Of a DNA stretch of 64,000 nt, positions 38,492 through 48,090 are shown in pieces. The notes under the pieces are model-generated. The model did not search any database. It saw nothing but the letters and a program-made list of their open reading frames with translations, and had not been told where the DNA came from. Position numbers and translations under genes: made by a program. The stretch lies in assembly GCA_050015075.1 (NCBI GenBank), contig JBEKCB010000011.1, forward strand, positions 1-64,000, given 5' to 3'. Position 1 is the stretch's first letter; every line of letters begins with the position of its first letter. The stretch is from Candidatus Brocadiia bacterium. Lineage in GTDB: Bacteria > Planctomycetota > Brocadiia > CAIUPP01.

Positions 38492-38646
38492 TCCGCGCTC
38501 CCGCCTCCGCTAAGGCTACGGCGGGCAAGCCGCACTCGAGAACGTGCCTTGCAACGCGCCGCTGCCGTCCGTATAATTCGCGCGGCTCCGGTCGCGGCGC
38601 CGCGTTCAAACGGGTGCTCCTTATGATACCGTTGAGGAGAGTGAAA

Positions 38647-39708
38647 ATGAAGCGGATTTCCTGGGAAGCCTATCTCGGCCTCGAAGTCAGCGAAAGAATT
38701 CCGTACTTGAACAAGGAAGGCGCGGAGAACGAGCCGTTCCACGTGCTTTACGCGCAGCAGTTCGACCGCAAGATGCTCGATGAGCTGTGCACGCTGGCCG
38801 ACCGGATCCGCAAGGTGCACAAGGCGCCGGAGGGCGCGGCGCTGCTGCGCACGCTGCTGCCGAACAAGACGGCGCTGAACCTGTTCGCGCAACCGAGCAC
38901 GCGCACGTTCATGTCGTTCCAGCTCGCCGAGCAGAAACTGGGCATGGTGACGAGCGACATCCGCGACATGTCCACCTCGTCCCAGGCGAAGGGCGAGACG
39001 CTGCAGAATTCCATCCGCACGTTCAGTTCCTACGTGGACCTGATCGTCATGCGCCATCCCGACCAGGGCGCGGCCGAGCTGGCGGCCTATGAGATGAACA
39101 TGGCCGACCGGCGCCTGCCGGTGCTCAACGGCGGCTCCGGCCAGGACCAGCATCCGACGCAGGCGCTGCTGGACATCTACACGCTGCAGAAATCGCTCGA
39201 CGAGATTGACGGCAAGAAGATCGCGATGGTCGGCGACCTGATGCGCGGGCGCACGGTCCGCTCGCTCTCGTACCTGCTGAAGAATTACCGGGACGTGGAA
39301 ATCTACTACGTCGCGCCGGAGCGGCTGCGCATCGGCGACGACATCAAGGCGTTCCTCAAGAAACAGCACATCCGCTATACCGAGAGCGACAACATCGAGG
39401 CGATCGTCCCGATCGTGGACGCGATCTACATGACGCGCATCCAGTGGGAATGGGACAAGGCGGCCGGGGCGAAGGCGGGCGACGCGAAGTACGACCCGCG
39501 CTTCGTGTTCAAGAAGGAATACCTGCGGCGGATGAAGAAGAAGTCCTGCCTGATGCACCCGTTGCCGAAGATCAACGAGATTGATCCGGAACTCGACTAC
39601 GTCGAGGATCCGCGGATCGTCTACTGGCGGCAGGAGCGCAACGGCATGTGGATCCGCGCGGCGCTCATCGCGCGCATTTTCGGAGTGGACGGACAGATTC
39701 CGGAATGA
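38647..39708 (+). CDS. pyrB: Aspartate carbamoyltransferase catalytic subunit
   Basis: PSTRT, KGETL, MRH, HPTQALLD, VGDL..GRTVRSL, HPLP; promoter TTGCAA-N17-TATAAT at 38549-38577. Confidence 0.96.
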   Translation: MKRISWEAYLGLEVSERIPYLNKEGAENEPFHVLYAQQFDRKMLDELCTLADRIRKVHKAPEGAALLRTLLPNKTALNLFAQPSTRTFMSFQLAEQKLGMVTSDIRDMSTSSQAKGETLQNSIRTFSSYVDLIVMRHPDQGAAELAAYEMNMADRRLPVLNGGSGQDQHPTQALLDIYTLQKSLDEIDGKKIAMVGDLMRGRTVRSLSYLLKNYRDVEIYYVAPERLRIGDDIKAFLKKQHIRYTESDNIEAIVPIVDAIYMTRIQWEWDKAAGAKAGDAKYDPRFVFKKEYLRRMKKKSCLMHPLPKINEIDPELDYVEDPRIVYWRQERNGMWIRAALIARIFGVDGQIPE

Positions 39709-39718
39709 AGGCGGAAGA

Positions 39719-40726
39719 ATGACCTCGCGCCTCGGGTTAAAGAATCTGACGGCCTTCAGCCGCCAACTGGGCACCATGCTCAGCGCGGGGTTGCCGATCC
39801 GGCGCGCGCTGGCGGTGGTCGAAAGGAGCGCCCGGCCGCCGATGAAGGGGGTCTTTCACCGCGTCGGAATGGCCATCGAGGAGGGCGACACCGTCTCCGA
39901 GGCGCTCGAGCGCGAAGGGCGCGCGTTCCCGGTGCTCTACATCCGACTGGTCCGCATGGGCGAAGCCGTCGGCAACCTCGACAAGGTCTTCGTCCGGCTG
40001 GCCGAGTATTACGACTTCGTCCGCGCCATGTGGATGAAGCTGATCACGCGCCTGATTTACCCGCTCATCGAATACTGGGCGGCCATCGGCGTCCTGGCGC
40101 TGGTGGCCTACATCCGCAGCATGTTCCTGCCGAACGGCAACGGATCGCCTCGGCAGGCCCTGACCATCCTGGGTCTCGGCATCCTCGTCTTCTGCGCGCC
40201 CATCGTCGCGTACTTCGCGCTCACGCGCAGCCTGAGCGGCTCGCGCACGGTGCATGAGCTGCTGCTCCGCGTGCCGGTGCTGGGCAATGTCTTCCGCACC
40301 CTGGCGCTGGCGCGGTTCTGCTGGTCCATGGAGATGATGACCGACTCGGCCGTGAACATCTTCAACGCGATCCAGTGGAGCATGGAGGCGACGGCCAACA
40401 GCGCGTTCGAGGCGCGGACGCCGGAGATCATCCAGCAGATCAAGGACGGCCTGCCGCTCTCCAAGAGCCTGGAGCTGTCCGGCCTGTTCCCGCACGACTG
40501 CATCGAGATGATCTCGGTCGCGGAGGAATCCGGCAGCATGCCGGAGACGTTCAAGCGGCTGGCGAAGAATTATTTCGAGGCGGCGGACCTGGCGTTGCGG
40601 GCGCTAGTCTCGGCGTTCACCTGGTTCATCTGGGCGGCCATCGCCGCGTTCATCATCTACAACATCTTCCAGTTCGCGATGATCTACATCAACGCGCTCA
40701 ACGGCGCCTTGAACGAGGTCAACTAG
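39719..40726 (+). CDS. Type II secretion system F / PilC family protein
   Basis: FSRQLGTMLSAGLP, GEAVGNLD, MISVAEESG; two T2SSF repeats. Confidence 0.9.
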   Translation: MTSRLGLKNLTAFSRQLGTMLSAGLPIRRALAVVERSARPPMKGVFHRVGMAIEEGDTVSEALEREGRAFPVLYIRLVRMGEAVGNLDKVFVRLAEYYDFVRAMWMKLITRLIYPLIEYWAAIGVLALVAYIRSMFLPNGNGSPRQALTILGLGILVFCAPIVAYFALTRSLSGSRTVHELLLRVPVLGNVFRTLALARFCWSMEMMTDSAVNIFNAIQWSMEATANSAFEARTPEIIQQIKDGLPLSKSLELSGLFPHDCIEMISVAEESGSMPETFKRLAKNYFEAADLALRALVSAFTWFIWAAIAAFIIYNIFQFAMIYINALNGALNEVN

Positions 40727-40828
40727 CGGCGGCGGCGTTCGGCCGCCAATTTCCAAGGCCAAAATGAATGAAGGCCGGCGATCTCCGGCCCGTTTGCGGA
40801 TATTGGATATTGGGCTTTGGAAATTACT

Positions 40829-42307
40829 TCAGTGCGCTTCCTGCACGTTGATCTTGAGGCGGTCCATCGCCTGCGCGAGACCGATGAATGAGGCGCAGGC
40901 GGCGGGGCCGTCCAGGGCGGTGGCGACCAGCTTGATGTGGGTGGCATCCACCACGTCGGCCGGCCGCGTGGCGTCGAAGGCGGTCCAGTCGTTGAGGAAC
41001 GCCTCGGTCCACATGTGGCCGAAGAACTGGCCCTTCGCGTAGGTGACGCCGACGGCCACGCGCGACGGGATTCCCGCCGCCCGCAGCAGCGCGGCGAGCA
41101 GCATGGCGTGCTCTTTGCAATCGCCCTCGCGCGAGAGCACCGTCTCCTTCGCCGAGGCGAAGCCGACGTTGTAATCCTTTTTCGTGATGTTCGTGAACAC
41201 CCACGCGGCGAGCTGTTTCGCCTTCACCGCCGGGGCGGCCGAGGGCGTGACGTTGTCGCGCGCGATGCGCCGGATGTCCGGGTCGTCGCTCTGCAGGTAC
41301 GCGGAGGCGGCCAGGTATTCCGGCCCGGGCCTCTCCGCCGAAAGTTCCGCCGCGTCGGGGAGCGCCTTCACCCGCAGCAGCACCCAGCCGGGACCCTGGC
41401 TCTCGACCTTCTGACGCCGGTCCTGGAAGTTCAACTGGGCGATGGCGCCTTCGATCCGGTAGAGCGCATCCTGGATCGCGGCCGGGTGATCGAACTTCAC
41501 GTTCGAGACGATCATGAAGCGTTTCGCCAGGTCCTCGATCTGGCCGGGCGAGTTCACCACGCTCACCGCCTCCGCGCGCGTGGCGCGGGTCGTCTCGACG
41601 CCGCCGATGATGTCCGTCACGCTCTTGAGCGTGTCGCCTTTCTCATCGAGCCAGACGTGCGTCACAACGCCCGGCAGCGCATCCATCACCGAGGCGGCCT
41701 TGTAGAGCTCGCGCGGCTGGCCCTCGATCATCACCGTCTCGCGGCCCTCGACCGTCATCGTCGCCGTGACGACTTTGTGGAGTTCGAGCATGTAGAGCTT
41801 GAACGTGAGGGCCTTGCCGATCGGGAAGCCCGACTCGCGCAGCTTGCGCGACTGGGCCTCGGGTCCGATTACCGCCGGGTCCCAGACGGATTCGCTGACG
41901 TGCGTTGTCCCGCCCGTATGCGTGGTCACGACCACCTTGGCGCCCTGGACTTTCGCCTCCGAGTCACTCACCATCGCGCCGGACTGGGAAGAGGTCGCGC
42001 GGAGCAGCGCCCCTTCGGGCGTCTCATAGTATTCCTCGGCCGTGCGGAAGGCGAGCGTCGCGCCGAAGCGTTTGATGCGCATCTCGCAGAAGGTCGAGGT
42101 GACGATCTCCGGTTCCGGCTCGGCGACCTGGCGCGTGATCGCGTGAGCGTAGCCGACCCGCGCGCCGGACATCGAGATGATGTCCCACGAGTCATGCATC
42201 GGCGGCTCGACCTTCTGCGCCGCGCACCCGATCGAGCAGACGAGCGCACCGAGCAGAAGAACCAGGGCCTGGGACCAGACGGCGGGGTTTCGGGATCGCA
42301 TGTTCAT
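40829..42307 (-). CDS. Transglutaminase-like domain lipoprotein
   Basis: Lipobox-like SIGC; GDCKEHAMLLAALLRAAGIPSR, HMWTE, FDAT catalytic motifs. Confidence 0.9.
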   Translation of the reverse strand: MNMRSRNPAVWSQALVLLLGALVCSIGCAAQKVEPPMHDSWDIISMSGARVGYAHAITRQVAEPEPEIVTSTFCEMRIKRFGATLAFRTAEEYYETPEGALLRATSSQSGAMVSDSEAKVQGAKVVVTTHTGGTTHVSESVWDPAVIGPEAQSRKLRESGFPIGKALTFKLYMLELHKVVTATMTVEGRETVMIEGQPRELYKAASVMDALPGVVTHVWLDEKGDTLKSVTDIIGGVETTRATRAEAVSVVNSPGQIEDLAKRFMIVSNVKFDHPAAIQDALYRIEGAIAQLNFQDRRQKVESQGPGWVLLRVKALPDAAELSAERPGPEYLAASAYLQSDDPDIRRIARDNVTPSAAPAVKAKQLAAWVFTNITKKDYNVGFASAKETVLSREGDCKEHAMLLAALLRAAGIPSRVAVGVTYAKGQFFGHMWTEAFLNDWTAFDATRPADVVDATHIKLVATALDGPAACASFIGLAQAMDRLKINVQEAH

Positions 42308-42443
42308 AGTCTTTCCAAGTGGGATGGAATCACGAAACCGCAGACATCAGAATACAGCAATTCGTTTAATGTACTTTCCCGGAGATAACATGCACAACTC
42401 GAGCCCGCGTCATGTCGCGCGCAGTACGCTGCGCGCTCCGGCT

Positions 42444-42500
42444 GCTCGTAGTGGGCCCGTCAGGGCTTACGAAATAGCGCCTGACGGCGCCACTACAAGC
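42444..42500 (-). repeat. GTAG REP doublet copy 2, within a cluster of small palindromes (42414-42438, 42508-42534)
   Basis: Reverse complement closely matches 37246-37302. Confidence 0.85.
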
Positions 42501-42568
42501 AGCGCATGAGATTCCTCGCTGCGCTCGGAATGACCAGAGATTACGCAAGCTGTTTCCGGGCCAGTACA

Positions 42569-43327
42569 CTAGCGTCCGTACTCCAGCCGGCCCGCCGCCT
42601 CTTTGCTGATCGGGCCGACGCGGTCCATCTTGGACATTGTCGTGTGGAAGGGGTACTCGACGCGTCGGTAGGTGATGCGGTTCCCGTCCACGAGCACGTA
42701 GCAGGCGCGGTTGTCGCCGTCGCGCGGCTGCCCGACCGAACCGACGTTGACGATAGCCTTCTGCCCGGGCGGCAGGTCGAACTCGGCGGCATTCTCGTCG
42801 GGATGGCGGAAGGTGATCTGCGGGTCAATGATTCCCGGATAATGTGTGTGGCCCACGAACAGCAGGCGCGGCGTCAGCTCGAAAATCTGCCGGATCTTGT
42901 CGGCCATGCCGAAGAGGATGTCGCTCTCGAGGATGTATTCGTTGCGGTCGTCGCGCGGCGAGCCGTGGACGTAGAAGAGGTCGCCTTCGGTGATGCGCGT
43001 CGGGAGCAATTCCAGGAACCGCCAGCGCGCCTTCTTGCGTCCGCTCGAAAGCGCCGCCGGTTTGAGGACGCCGCGCGTGTAATCCACCGCCTCCTCGGCG
43101 AGCGGGTTGAACCGGTCCGCGTGGGTCAGCACCGCGTAGTCGTGGTTGCCCGAGAGGCAGAAACGGCACGACTTCTCGATCAGGTCAATGCACTCTTCCG
43201 GGTTCGGGCCGTAGCCGACGATGTCGCCCAGGCAAAGGATTTCTTCGGCGCCCTGTTCCTGGATGTCCGCAAGCACCGCCTGGAGCGCCTCGATATTGCT
43301 GTGGACGTCGCTGATGATCGCCCGCAT
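42569..43327 (-). CDS. Metallophosphoesterase (calcineurin-like)
   Basis: ISDVHSN, LGDIVGYG, GNHD, VHGSP, VGHTH, NVGSVGQPRD. Confidence 0.93.
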   Translation of the reverse strand: MRAIISDVHSNIEALQAVLADIQEQGAEEILCLGDIVGYGPNPEECIDLIEKSCRFCLSGNHDYAVLTHADRFNPLAEEAVDYTRGVLKPAALSSGRKKARWRFLELLPTRITEGDLFYVHGSPRDDRNEYILESDILFGMADKIRQIFELTPRLLFVGHTHYPGIIDPQITFRHPDENAAEFDLPPGQKAIVNVGSVGQPRDGDNRACYVLVDGNRITYRRVEYPFHTTMSKMDRVGPISKEAAGRLEYGR

Positions 43328-43561
43328 CAATCCCTCTCGTCCGGGATACCGCCGAAGTGAATTCATCGCACGCCGGCGTCGCTCGCCGCGAATGCAGCCG
43401 GATTCAGCCGCCGGGCCTTCGCCGCCGGGCGCAGGCGCAATTCTATCAGCCCCCGGAACGGCCTGTCAAAGATTGCTTTTGCCCGGCTGGGAATATAGAC
43501 TGCTCCGCGTCAAGCGGATGGTTCTGCTCTCGATATTCATTATTCGCCGCGCGAGGACCCG

Positions 43562-44098
43562 ATGCGGATTCTGGGCATTGATCCGGGCACGCGGATCGTC
43601 GGCTACGGGCTGGTGGAGCCGCAGGGCAACCGGATTATCGCCATCGCTTTCGGCGCCATCCGCGCCCCGACGAGCGTGCCATATGCCGAGCGGCTGCTGC
43701 GCATCCGCGATGAAATCGTCCGCGTCATACGACAGGAGAAGCCCGACGCCGTCGCGATCGAGGAAGCGTTCTACGGCAAGAGCGCCTCGTCCGCGCTGCG
43801 CATGGGCGAAGGCCGCGGCATGGCGCTGGTCGCCGTCGCGCAGGAGTCGCGCCCGCTATTCCAGTACACGCCCGCCGAGGTCAAGAAAGCCGTCGTCGGC
43901 AACGGCCGCGCGCACAAGTCGCAGGTCCAGCAGATGGTCCGCATGATCCTCGGCCTGCGCGAAGTGCCCGAGCCCGAAGACGCCGCCGACGCGCTGGCGG
44001 TGGCCATCTGTCATTGTAATCGGGCGCGATTCGAGGGCGCAGGCTTGGCTGGATCATTCAACGCGAAGAAATCGGTGATTGGGAAATTGGGAGATTAG
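43562..44098 (+). CDS. ruvC: Holliday junction resolvase RuvC
   Basis: ILGIDPG, AIEEAF, KKAVVGNGRAHKSQV, DAADALAVAICH. Confidence 0.97.
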   Translation: MRILGIDPGTRIVGYGLVEPQGNRIIAIAFGAIRAPTSVPYAERLLRIRDEIVRVIRQEKPDAVAIEEAFYGKSASSALRMGEGRGMALVAVAQESRPLFQYTPAEVKKAVVGNGRAHKSQVQQMVRMILGLREVPEPEDAADALAVAICHCNRARFEGAGLAGSFNAKKSVIGKLGD

Positions 44099-44195
44099 GA
44101 GATTGGTAAATCAGGCAATTGGGAAATGGGCTTCGGGAAGCCGCCAGCCTGATTTCCGAATTTCCTAATCACCCAGTCTCCTAATTTCCCAATCA
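44076..44195. repeat. Inverted octamer arrays (ATTGGGAA)n / (TTCCCAAT)n between convergent ruvC and holA
   Basis: Direct inspection; same unit at 45656-45737. Confidence 0.85.
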
Positions 44196-45233
44196 ATGCC
44201 CGGCGCAAAGTTTCAACACCAGCCGCTCCAGAATCCAGGTGTCGCGTCCGCCGCCGGTCTTGCAATCCACGTCCGCCCTGAGCACCTGGTGCAGCATGTC
44301 CTTCAGCTCGGGGATGGCCAGGCCCCGCTTCTCGCGGAGCAGTTTGCCGATGAGCCACGGCTGCGCGCCGGCGCGGCGGGCGATTTCGTCCTCCTTCAGG
44401 CCCTGCCGGGCGAGCTGCTTGATGACGATCAGCCGGCGGATGTTGCGCCCGATCGGGACCAGCAGCCCTTGCGGACTGTCGCCGTCGCGGATGAGCCGAT
44501 CGAGCGCGCGCAGCGCCTGCGGCGTCTTTCGATCGAGGATCATCTCGGCCAATTCCCAGGCCAGCCAGAGGCGGTCGCCGCCGCACAGGTCCGCTACGTC
44601 CTTCTCGGTGATGCGCGGCCGTTCTTTGCAGCAGGCGATCAGGTTCCGGATTTGCCCGTCCATCTGGCCGAGGTTCGTCCCGATCCGGTCGGCCAGGAGC
44701 GCGGCCGCATTCGACTCCATCGGCTTGCCGAGCGCGCGCGCCCGCTGGACGCACCAGCCGGCGAGCGCTTTCTGAGGGACGACCGGACATTGCACCGTCG
44801 TGATTTTGCGGAGCACGCGCGCTTTGTCCTGCGCGGCCGCTTTCGGCGGTTCCTTCTTCGGCTTCTTCGACGGCTTCCGCGCGGACTTGCGCGCCTCGCC
44901 GGCGACCAGCACGAGCGTCGTCCGGGGCGACGGCTGCTCGACGTAGCGCAGCAGCGGCGCGGGCGCCCGGTCGAGGAGCAGCGCGGCGTTCTCGATGAGC
45001 ACCAGCCGCCGCGGCGCGAAGAGCGACGGCGTACGGAGGTCGTCGAGCAGCTTGAGCGGCTCGCCCTCGGCCGCGTCGAGTTCGAACGTGTCGCACGGCT
45101 CTTTCCCGAGCGCCGCCTTCTCGCGGAGCAGCCTGACCGCCTCGGTGCGCAGGAAATCCTCCGGGCCGGCGACGAGGTAAACCGGGTCGAGCTCGCCGCT
45201 CGCAAGATGTTTCGGCAGCTCCGAAAAATTCAT
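44193..45233 (-). CDS. holA: DNA polymerase III delta subunit
   Basis: PVYLVAGPEDFL, LRTPSLFAPRRLVLIE, ADVDCKTG...LERLV. Confidence 0.9.
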   Translation of the reverse strand: MNFSELPKHLASGELDPVYLVAGPEDFLRTEAVRLLREKAALGKEPCDTFELDAAEGEPLKLLDDLRTPSLFAPRRLVLIENAALLLDRAPAPLLRYVEQPSPRTTLVLVAGEARKSARKPSKKPKKEPPKAAAQDKARVLRKITTVQCPVVPQKALAGWCVQRARALGKPMESNAAALLADRIGTNLGQMDGQIRNLIACCKERPRITEKDVADLCGGDRLWLAWELAEMILDRKTPQALRALDRLIRDGDSPQGLLVPIGRNIRRLIVIKQLARQGLKEDEIARRAGAQPWLIGKLLREKRGLAIPELKDMLHQVLRADVDCKTGGGRDTWILERLVLKLCAGH

Positions 45234-45380
45234 GTCTTACTCCGCCTCCGATCCGATGCGCCGGCCCGCGCTCTGCCACGCTAGATCGTATCGTGTGCGG
45301 CTGCTCCGGGCAAGTTGATCCGCCTCGCGCCCGGCATGAAGCAGTTGAATAGAGGCGCGCGAAGTTGCTAAAATACCGTT

Positions 45381-45656
45381 ATGAAGTTCGAAGAGGAAAA
45401 ACCGAAAAACCCGTCTGCCGGCGAGCGGCACGCCTTGCTCCTGGGCCTCGGCCTGGACGGCGACGGCCAGAAGCGCGTGACGGTGGGGAAAAATTTCCTC
45501 CTGGCCGGCGGCTCGGCGCCCACCCACGAGCGGATGCAGGAAAAGGCGATCAAGTTCAACGAGGAACTCGACCGGCGCCGCAAGCGCCTCGAGGACATCG
45601 AGCCGGCCGAGTTCCACGACATCGCCGATCATATCCGGATGCATGACGAGTCCTGA
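45381..45656 (+). CDS. Conserved hypothetical protein
   Basis: LLGLGLDGDGQKRVT.G.NF.LAGGS..THERMQEKAIKFNEEL; typical codon usage. Confidence 0.75.
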   Translation: MKFEEEKPKNPSAGERHALLLGLGLDGDGQKRVTVGKNFLLAGGSAPTHERMQEKAIKFNEELDRRRKRLEDIEPAEFHDIADHIRMHDES

Positions 45657-46058
45657 TTGGGAAATTGGGAGACTGGGAAATTGGGCTTCGGGAAAAGCGC
45701 CAGTCCTGATCTCCCAATTACCCAATCGCCGAATCTCCACCCCGACCTCTGCGTCGTCCTCGTGACGGTCGGCAAGCGCGACGAGGCCGAGAAGATCGGC
45801 TCGGCGCTCGTCGAGGAGAAGCTCGCCGCCTGCTGCAACCTCGTCGGGCCGATCCGCTCCATCTATCGCTGGAAGGGGGAAATCTGCCGCGACGAGGAGA
45901 CGCTCCTGATCCTCAAGACGCGGCGCGAGGGGTTCGAGAAACTCCGCGCGCGGGTCATCGCCCTTCACAGTTACACCGTCCCGGAGATCGTCGCCATCCC
46001 GATCGTCGCAGGGCATGCGCCGTACCTCGACTGGGTCCGCGACGAGACCCTCGGATGA
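45657..46058 (+). CDS. cutA: Divalent-cation tolerance protein CutA (start uncertain)
   Basis: LVEEKLAACCN..IRSIYRWKG, LHSYTVPEI. Confidence 0.9.
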   Translation: MGNWETGKLGFGKSASPDLPITQSPNLHPDLCVVLVTVGKRDEAEKIGSALVEEKLAACCNLVGPIRSIYRWKGEICRDEETLLILKTRREGFEKLRARVIALHSYTVPEIVAIPIVAGHAPYLDWVRDETLG

Positions 46059-47071
46059 GCGGCATCGCGCGCATGACTCCCGAGGAGATCGAGCGCACGA
46101 TCGGGATCACGACGACGGTCCCGGTCGAGGCGATCTTCGCCGCCGGGCTGCGCCCGCTCGATCTCAACAACGTCTTCATCACCTCCGGCATCGCGCCCGA
46201 ACTCGTCGAGGAGGCCGAGCGGAGCGGCTTCCCGCGCAATTCCTGCTCGTGGAACAAGGGCCTCTTCTCCACCGCGCGCCGGCTGGGGCTGAAGCGGATT
46301 GCCGCGGTCGTCCAGGGCGACTGCGCGAACACGCACGCGCTCGTCGAGATGCTGCGCGCGGACTCGGTCGAGATCGTCCCGTTCGCGTTTCCGTATTCGC
46401 CGGCGGATTCGGCGCTGCTGGAACTGGCGCTCGACCGCTTCGCCGCGGCGCTGGGCGCCACGCGGCAGGAGGCGGAGGACTGGAAAGCGCCGCTGGACCG
46501 CGCGCGCTCGCTGGCCCACCGGATGGACGAATTGAACTGGCGCGAGAACCGCGCCACCGGAGCGGAGCAGCATCTCTGGACGATCTCGTGCAGCGATTTC
46601 TTCGGCGACCCGGAGCGCTACGCCGCGCGCGCGTCGGAGCGGATCGCCGAGTGCGCGGCGCGGCCGCCGGACGAACGATCCGTTCGCCTGGGGCTCATGG
46701 GCGTCCCGCCGATCTGCGACGGATTCTTCGAGCTGCTCGAATCGCACGGCGCGCGCGTGGTCTTCAACGAGATCCCGCGCCAGTTCGCCATGCCGGGCCC
46801 GACGCGCTCGCTCGTCGAGCAGTACTCGCGCTACACCTATCCGTACGACATCTTCCACCGCCTGGCCGACATCCGCGAACAGCTCGCGCTGCGGCGCGTG
46901 CGGGGCCTGATCCACTACGTGCAGAGCTTCTGCTTCCGGCAGGTGCAGGACGCGATCGTGCGCCGCGAGTTGCGGCTGCCGATCCTCACGCTCGAGTGCG
47001 ACCGCCCCGGCCCGCCCGACATGCGCACGCAGACGCGGATCGAGGCGTTCCTGGAGATGCTCGGCGGCTGA
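46055..47071 (+). CDS. 2-hydroxyacyl-CoA dehydratase D-component family protein
   Basis: IGITTTVPVE, GFPRNSCSW, GDCAN, IHYVQSFCFR, LTLECD, TRIEAFLEML. Confidence 0.82.
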   Translation: MSGIARMTPEEIERTIGITTTVPVEAIFAAGLRPLDLNNVFITSGIAPELVEEAERSGFPRNSCSWNKGLFSTARRLGLKRIAAVVQGDCANTHALVEMLRADSVEIVPFAFPYSPADSALLELALDRFAAALGATRQEAEDWKAPLDRARSLAHRMDELNWRENRATGAEQHLWTISCSDFFGDPERYAARASERIAECAARPPDERSVRLGLMGVPPICDGFFELLESHGARVVFNEIPRQFAMPGPTRSLVEQYSRYTYPYDIFHRLADIREQLALRRVRGLIHYVQSFCFRQVQDAIVRRELRLPILTLECDRPGPPDMRTQTRIEAFLEMLGG

Positions 47072-47194
47072 TACGACTTCTTCACCACCAAGACACGAAG
47101 GCACCAAGAACGGAAAGCGGGACACAGTCTCAGAAATTTTGTTCTTGGTGCCTTGGTGGTTAAAGAACGGTTCAAACAATGAAGGACGCGGAGG

Positions 47195-47983
47195 ATGTTC
47201 GGATTCCTAAAGGGACGCCGGCGGAAAGAGCTGAAGGCCGCTCCATTTCCGGCCGAATGGCGGGAGATCATCGAGAGGAACATGGCGCTCTATCGGCGCC
47301 TGCCCGAAGCGGACCGGCGCGAGTTGCTCGGTCACGTCCAGGTGTTCGTCGCGGAGAAACCGTTCGAGGGATGCGGCGGGCTCGCGATCACCGATGAGAT
47401 CCGCGTGACCGTCGCCGCGCAGGCCTGCCTGCTGCTGTTGCATCGCCAGACCGATTACTTCCCGCGCCTGTACTCGATCGTCGTCTACCCGACCAGCTTC
47501 GTCGCCAAGACGATCAAGCAGGAAGGGCCCGGCATGATCGCCGAGGGCCCGGTAGCGCGGCTCGGCGAGACCTGGCTTCGCGGGCCGCTGGTGCTTTCGT
47601 GGGACGACGTGCTCGCTGACGCGTCGGGCTCGCGGACCGGGTCGAACGTCGTCCTCCACGAGTTCGCGCACGAACTGGACGACGAGGACGGCGAGGCGAA
47701 CGGCGCGCCGGCGCTCGAACGCGGCCAGAGTTACGCCGACTGGGCGCGCGTGCTCGGCGCGGCCTACGAGCGGCTCCGGCGCGACGTCGAGCGCGGCCGG
47801 GAGTCGGTCCTCGACGACTACGGCGCCGAAAATCCCGCCGAGTTTTTCGCCGTCGCGACGGAGTGTTTCTTTGAGATGCCCGTGGACCTGCGAATCCAGC
47901 AGCCGGAGCTTTACGAGAAGCTTGAGGAGTTCTATCAGCAGGATCCGGCGACTTGGAAAGAGACGATGGACGATGGACGATAG
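47195..47983 (+). CDS. MtfA-like zinc metallopeptidase (M90)
   Basis: VAAQACLL, NVVLHEFAHELD, YGAENPAEFFAVATE. Confidence 0.92.
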   Translation: MFGFLKGRRRKELKAAPFPAEWREIIERNMALYRRLPEADRRELLGHVQVFVAEKPFEGCGGLAITDEIRVTVAAQACLLLLHRQTDYFPRLYSIVVYPTSFVAKTIKQEGPGMIAEGPVARLGETWLRGPLVLSWDDVLADASGSRTGSNVVLHEFAHELDDEDGEANGAPALERGQSYADWARVLGAAYERLRRDVERGRESVLDDYGAENPAEFFAVATECFFEMPVDLRIQQPELYEKLEEFYQQDPATWKETMDDGR

Positions 47984-48090
47984 ACGACCGACGATGGACG
48001 ATAGACGATGGAGGATGCCACCCGGTGCAGAGCAGCACATGCCCCGCGGCTGGCGATCATCCATCGTCTATCGTCCGTCGTCTATCGTCA
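47962..48090. repeat. Inverted heptamer arrays (GACGATG/A)n between convergent genes
   Basis: Same unit as 2913-3004 and 62741-62770. Confidence 0.88.
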
